Source: an uncultured bacterium
GTDB lineage: Bacteria > Bacillota > Clostridia > Lachnospirales > Lachnospiraceae
Assembly (NCBI GenBank): GCA_945828315.1
Contig: CALZQA010000004.1
Location: 1,582-65,581 of the forward strand
Reading direction: 5' to 3'
DNA length: 64,000 nucleotides
In this document: positions 61,034 to 64,000 of the stretch, in pieces
How the letters are laid out: every line of letters starts with the position of its first letter
Numbering within the stretch: position 1 is the stretch's first letter
Translations under genes and position numbers: made by a program
The notes under the pieces: generated by a model
The model's database searches: none
What the model saw: the letters and a program-made list of their open reading frames with translations, nothing else
What the model was told of the DNA's origin: nothing

Positions 61034-62326
61034 TTATGAAACTTTCAGCGTAAACTTCTGGATCTCTTTTTCGGAGCTCACTTTCTCGATCTGTGCGCCG
61101 AGGCTCGCAAGCTTCTCCTCAAAATTTTCATAACCGCGCTCGATATAGTAGATGTCATCGACGATCGTGATGCCCTCCGCTGCGAGTCCAGCGATCACAA
61201 GTGCTGCGCCTGCACGCAGATCCGGTGCGCTTACTCTGGCGCCGGTATATTTCTCTACCCCGGTGATGATCGCAATGTTGCTCTCTACTTTAATGTTGGC
61301 ACCCATGCGAGTCAACTCATCCACGTATTTAAAGCGGTTCTCAAAAATGCTCTCGGTAACTGTGCTGGTTCCGTCTGCAATGCCCAGGATCACCGCCATC
61401 TGAGGCTGCATATCCGTAGGAAAACCGGGATATGGAAGCGTCGTTACCTGTGTGTGATGCATCGGTTTTGCACATACCACACGCACTGCATCGTCAAACT
61501 CCTCCACCTCGCATCCAACCTCCAGCAGTTTTGCCGTGGTTGCTTCCAAGTGCTTGGGAATCACATTTTTCACCGTCACATCTCCACGGGTCGCCGCCGC
61601 CGCAAACATAAATGTTCCGGCCTCGATCTGATCCGGGATAATGGAATACTCTGTCTTATGCAGTTTTTCCACACCAACGATACGGATCACATCCGTTCCG
61701 GCTCCGCGGATACCTGCACCCATACTGTTTAAGAAGTTCGCCACATCCACAACATGCGGCTCCTTTGCAGCATTCTCAATGATCGTCTTTCCCTCAGCCA
61801 TCGCCGCTGCCATCATGATATTGATCGTCGCTCCGACAGATACCTTATCAAGATAAATATGCGTACCCTTCAGATGATCCGCCTCCGCCGTGATCAGACC
61901 GTGCTGGATATCCACTCTGGCACCCAGCGCACGGAAGCCCTTCAGATGCAGATCAATGGGGCGGCTTCCGATATCACAGCCTCCGGGCAGCGCCACCTCT
62001 GCCTTTTTATATTTGCCGAGCAATGCACCCAGCAGATAATAAGAAGCACGGATCTTCTTTATATACTCATAGTCAACGCTCATACCGGAGATCGTGCTTC
62101 CGTTGATCTTTACCGTATGGGCATCAGTTCTTTCCACTATAGCTCCAATTCCCTCGATCGCTCCGAGGAGAACATTGATATCCCGCACATTCGGAAGATT
62201 GTCGATCGTGATCGTCTCATCTGCCATAATAGATGCAGCAAGAATCGCAAGTGCCGCATTTTTCGCACCGCCGATCTCTACCTCTCCAACTAACGGGTTT
62301 CCACCCTTGATCACATATTGTTCCAT
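61034..62326 (-). CDS. murA: UDP-N-acetylglucosamine 1-carboxyvinyltransferase
   Basis: Start set at MEQYVIKGGNPLVGEVEIGGAKNAAL (AGAGGTG upstream). Active-site region LPGGCDIGSRPIDLHL. Confidence 0.95.
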   Translation of the reverse strand: MEQYVIKGGNPLVGEVEIGGAKNAALAILAASIMADETITIDNLPNVRDINVLLGAIEGIGAIVERTDAHTVKINGSTISGMSVDYEYIKKIRASYYLLGALLGKYKKAEVALPGGCDIGSRPIDLHLKGFRALGARVDIQHGLITAEADHLKGTHIYLDKVSVGATINIMMAAAMAEGKTIIENAAKEPHVVDVANFLNSMGAGIRGAGTDVIRIVGVEKLHKTEYSIIPDQIEAGTFMFAAAATRGDVTVKNVIPKHLEATTAKLLEVGCEVEEFDDAVRVVCAKPMHHTQVTTLPYPGFPTDMQPQMAVILGIADGTSTVTESIFENRFKYVDELTRMGANIKVESNIAIITGVEKYTGARVSAPDLRAGAALVIAGLAAEGITIVDDIYYIERGYENFEEKLASLGAQIEKVSSEKEIQKFTLKVS

Positions 62327-62366
62327 CTTGCACCTCTGCAATAAAAATTCATACACAAACCACGTA

Positions 62367-62395
62367 ATTATAGTGGCATCACATCCGTTTGTCAA
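62367..62395 (-). promoter_or_regulatory. murA proximal promoter (perfect consensus)
   Basis: Minus strand reads TTGACA (62395-62390), a 17-nt spacer, then TATAAT (62372-62367). Confidence 0.65.
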
Positions 62396-62428
62396 TAGAA
62401 ATACGCGTGATGACCCACTTTTCCTATC

Positions 62429-62457
62429 ATTATAGCAATCTTCGTGAACTTTGTAAA
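62429..62457 (-). promoter_or_regulatory. murA distal promoter
   Basis: Minus strand reads TTTACA (62457-62452), a 17-nt spacer, then TATAAT (62434-62429). Confidence 0.55.
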
Positions 62458-62553
62458 TATGGAAAGTGCTGCCTCTTTGACAGGAGATTCTCTGCCACCG
62501 TCTCCGCTGTCAGTATAGTTTATCGTATGCGCCTGTGTGCCGTTCGTGCGTGT

Positions 62554-63999
62554 CTAATGTGCGAACTGGCTATTGTAGAGTGTCGCGTAAAAACCGCCAG
62601 CAGCCAGCAGTTGCTCATGATCTCCCTGCTCGATGATGTGTCCGTCCTTCATGACGAGGATCACATCCGCACTCTGGATCGTAGACAAGCGGTGCGCCAC
62701 GATAAAGCTCGTCCTGCCCTGCATCATCGTCGCAAACGCATTCTGGATCTTCAGTTCCGTACGGGTATCAATGGAGCTGGTAGCCTCGTCTAAGATCAGC
62801 ATCGGAGGCAGGCACAGCATTACCCGCGCAATACACAGCAACTGCTTCTGACCCTGCGAAAGACCGCCGCCATCCTCGCCCATGGGTGTGTCATAGCCTT
62901 GTGGAAGCCGCTTAATGAAGCTGTGACAGTGGCTTGCCTTTGCCGCGGCGATCATCTCTTCCTCCGTTGCGTCCGGTTTTCCCATGCAGATATTCTCGCG
63001 GATCGTACCGGAATGCAGCCAGGTTTCCTGCAGCACCATTCCATAGCTCTCCCGCAGGCTCTCCCTCGTCACATGTCGGATGTCCGTACCGTCCACGCAG
63101 ATACTTCCTTCCCTGACATCATAGAAACGCATAAGCAGGTTGATCAGCGTCGTCTTCCCGCATCCGGTGGGACCGACGATGGCAATGCGCTGACCCGGTT
63201 TTACATGGAGATTAAAGTCCTCGATCAGCCGCTGCTCCTCCGTATAAGAGAAGTACACATGTTCCAGATCCACGCCTCCCTCCACATTCACAAGCCGCAC
63301 AGCATCCGTATCTTCCGCGATCTCCGGTTGCTCTTCCATCAGTTCAAACACACGGGCCGCGCAGGCGATGGCATTCTGAAGCTCCGCGATCACACCGGAA
63401 ATCTCGTTGAAAGGCTTTGTATACTGGCTCGCATAATTCAAAAAACAGGAAAGCTGGCCAACTGTCAGGCTGCCCGCCACTGCTGACAGTGCACCGAATA
63501 CTGCCACTGCCGCATACACGATATTATTCACAAAACGGGTGCTGGGATTTGTCAGTGAGGAAAAGAACACAGCCTTTCTGGAACACATTTCCAGCCGGTC
63601 ATTGATCTCATCAAAGGCCTCCTGCGCCTGCACCTCATGTCCATATGACTGCACGACCTTCTGATTTTGGATCATCTCATCCATATATGCCGTCTGCTGA
63701 CCGCGTATCCGGGCCTGCTCCTGAAACATATGGTATGTCTTTTTTGCAATAAAACTCGCCGTAAACAGCGACAGCGGTGTAACGATAATAACAACAAGGG
63801 CGATGCCCGCATCCTCACGCAGCATGAAAACAAGCGTTCCGATGATGGTGATCACACCGGTAAACAGCTGTGTAAATCCCAACAGCAGACCGTCAGCAAA
63901 CTGATCCACATCCGCGATCATACGGCTGGTGATATCTCCGATGGAATGTCCATCCAGATATTTTAAGGGCAGCCGCTGCAGCTTCTCCGCCGCCTCGTC
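62554..63999 (-). CDS. ABC exporter, fused permease/ATPase (type-1 multidrug/lipid exporter-like); N-terminus outside the window
   Basis: The frame stays open to the window edge (...LPLKYLDGHSIGDITSRMIADVDQF...). Walker A GPTGCGKTT, signature LSQGQKQLL, Walker B LILDEATS. Confidence 0.9.
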   Translation of the reverse strand, partial: DEAAEKLQRLPLKYLDGHSIGDITSRMIADVDQFADGLLLGFTQLFTGVITIIGTLVFMLREDAGIALVVIIVTPLSLFTASFIAKKTYHMFQEQARIRGQQTAYMDEMIQNQKVVQSYGHEVQAQEAFDEINDRLEMCSRKAVFFSSLTNPSTRFVNNIVYAAVAVFGALSAVAGSLTVGQLSCFLNYASQYTKPFNEISGVIAELQNAIACAARVFELMEEQPEIAEDTDAVRLVNVEGGVDLEHVYFSYTEEQRLIEDFNLHVKPGQRIAIVGPTGCGKTTLINLLMRFYDVREGSICVDGTDIRHVTRESLRESYGMVLQETWLHSGTIRENICMGKPDATEEEMIAAAKASHCHSFIKRLPQGYDTPMGEDGGGLSQGQKQLLCIARVMLCLPPMLILDEATSSIDTRTELKIQNAFATMMQGRTSFIVAHRLSTIQSADVILVMKDGHIIEQGDHEQLLAAGGFYATLYNSQFAH

Positions 64000-64000
64000 A

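Overview
This 64-kb window looks like chromosome from a spore-forming Firmicute of class Clostridia. Gene content resembles Lachnospiraceae, but the taxon cannot be verified from the sequence alone. I call 53 protein-coding genes (48 on the minus strand, 5 on the plus strand), three solitary tRNA genes (Gly-UCC, Phe-GAA, Tyr-GUA), a proline T-box leader upstream of proS and a SAM-I riboswitch upstream of metK. I also call several sigma-A-type promoters and rho-independent terminators. The right two-thirds (about 27.9-64 kb) is mostly housekeeping and sporulation core: gltX, xth, fprA-like, ftsH-hpt-tilS-spoIIE-divIC-yabQ-yabP-yabO-hup (synteny as in Bacillus), a phosphosugar mutase, cca, proS, metK, murA and an ABC exporter cut by the window edge. 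The left 27 kb is envelope and accessory in character. It holds (i) a sigma / anti-sigma / DUF4349 lipoprotein unit next to a large Ig-like secreted protein. It holds (ii) a transglutaminase-core / DUF4358 / MBOAT / DHHW cluster. It holds (iii) an 11.5-kb, seven-gene, tightly coupled unit running GH25 muramidase - MurI - secreted transglutaminase-core protein - degenerate-GGDEF/EAL phosphodiesterase - 7TM hybrid histidine kinase - output-less response regulator - orphan CbiG. It also holds (iv) a CAP-domain surface protein with five 75-aa tandem repeats. I saw no transposase, integrase, phage, CRISPR or recognisable defence genes. There is no clear-cut novel system here. The best candidates for something undescribed are unit (iii), especially the orphan cbiG translationally coupled to a phosphorelay, and cluster (ii). 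All family names come from motif recognition by eye, not from database searches.
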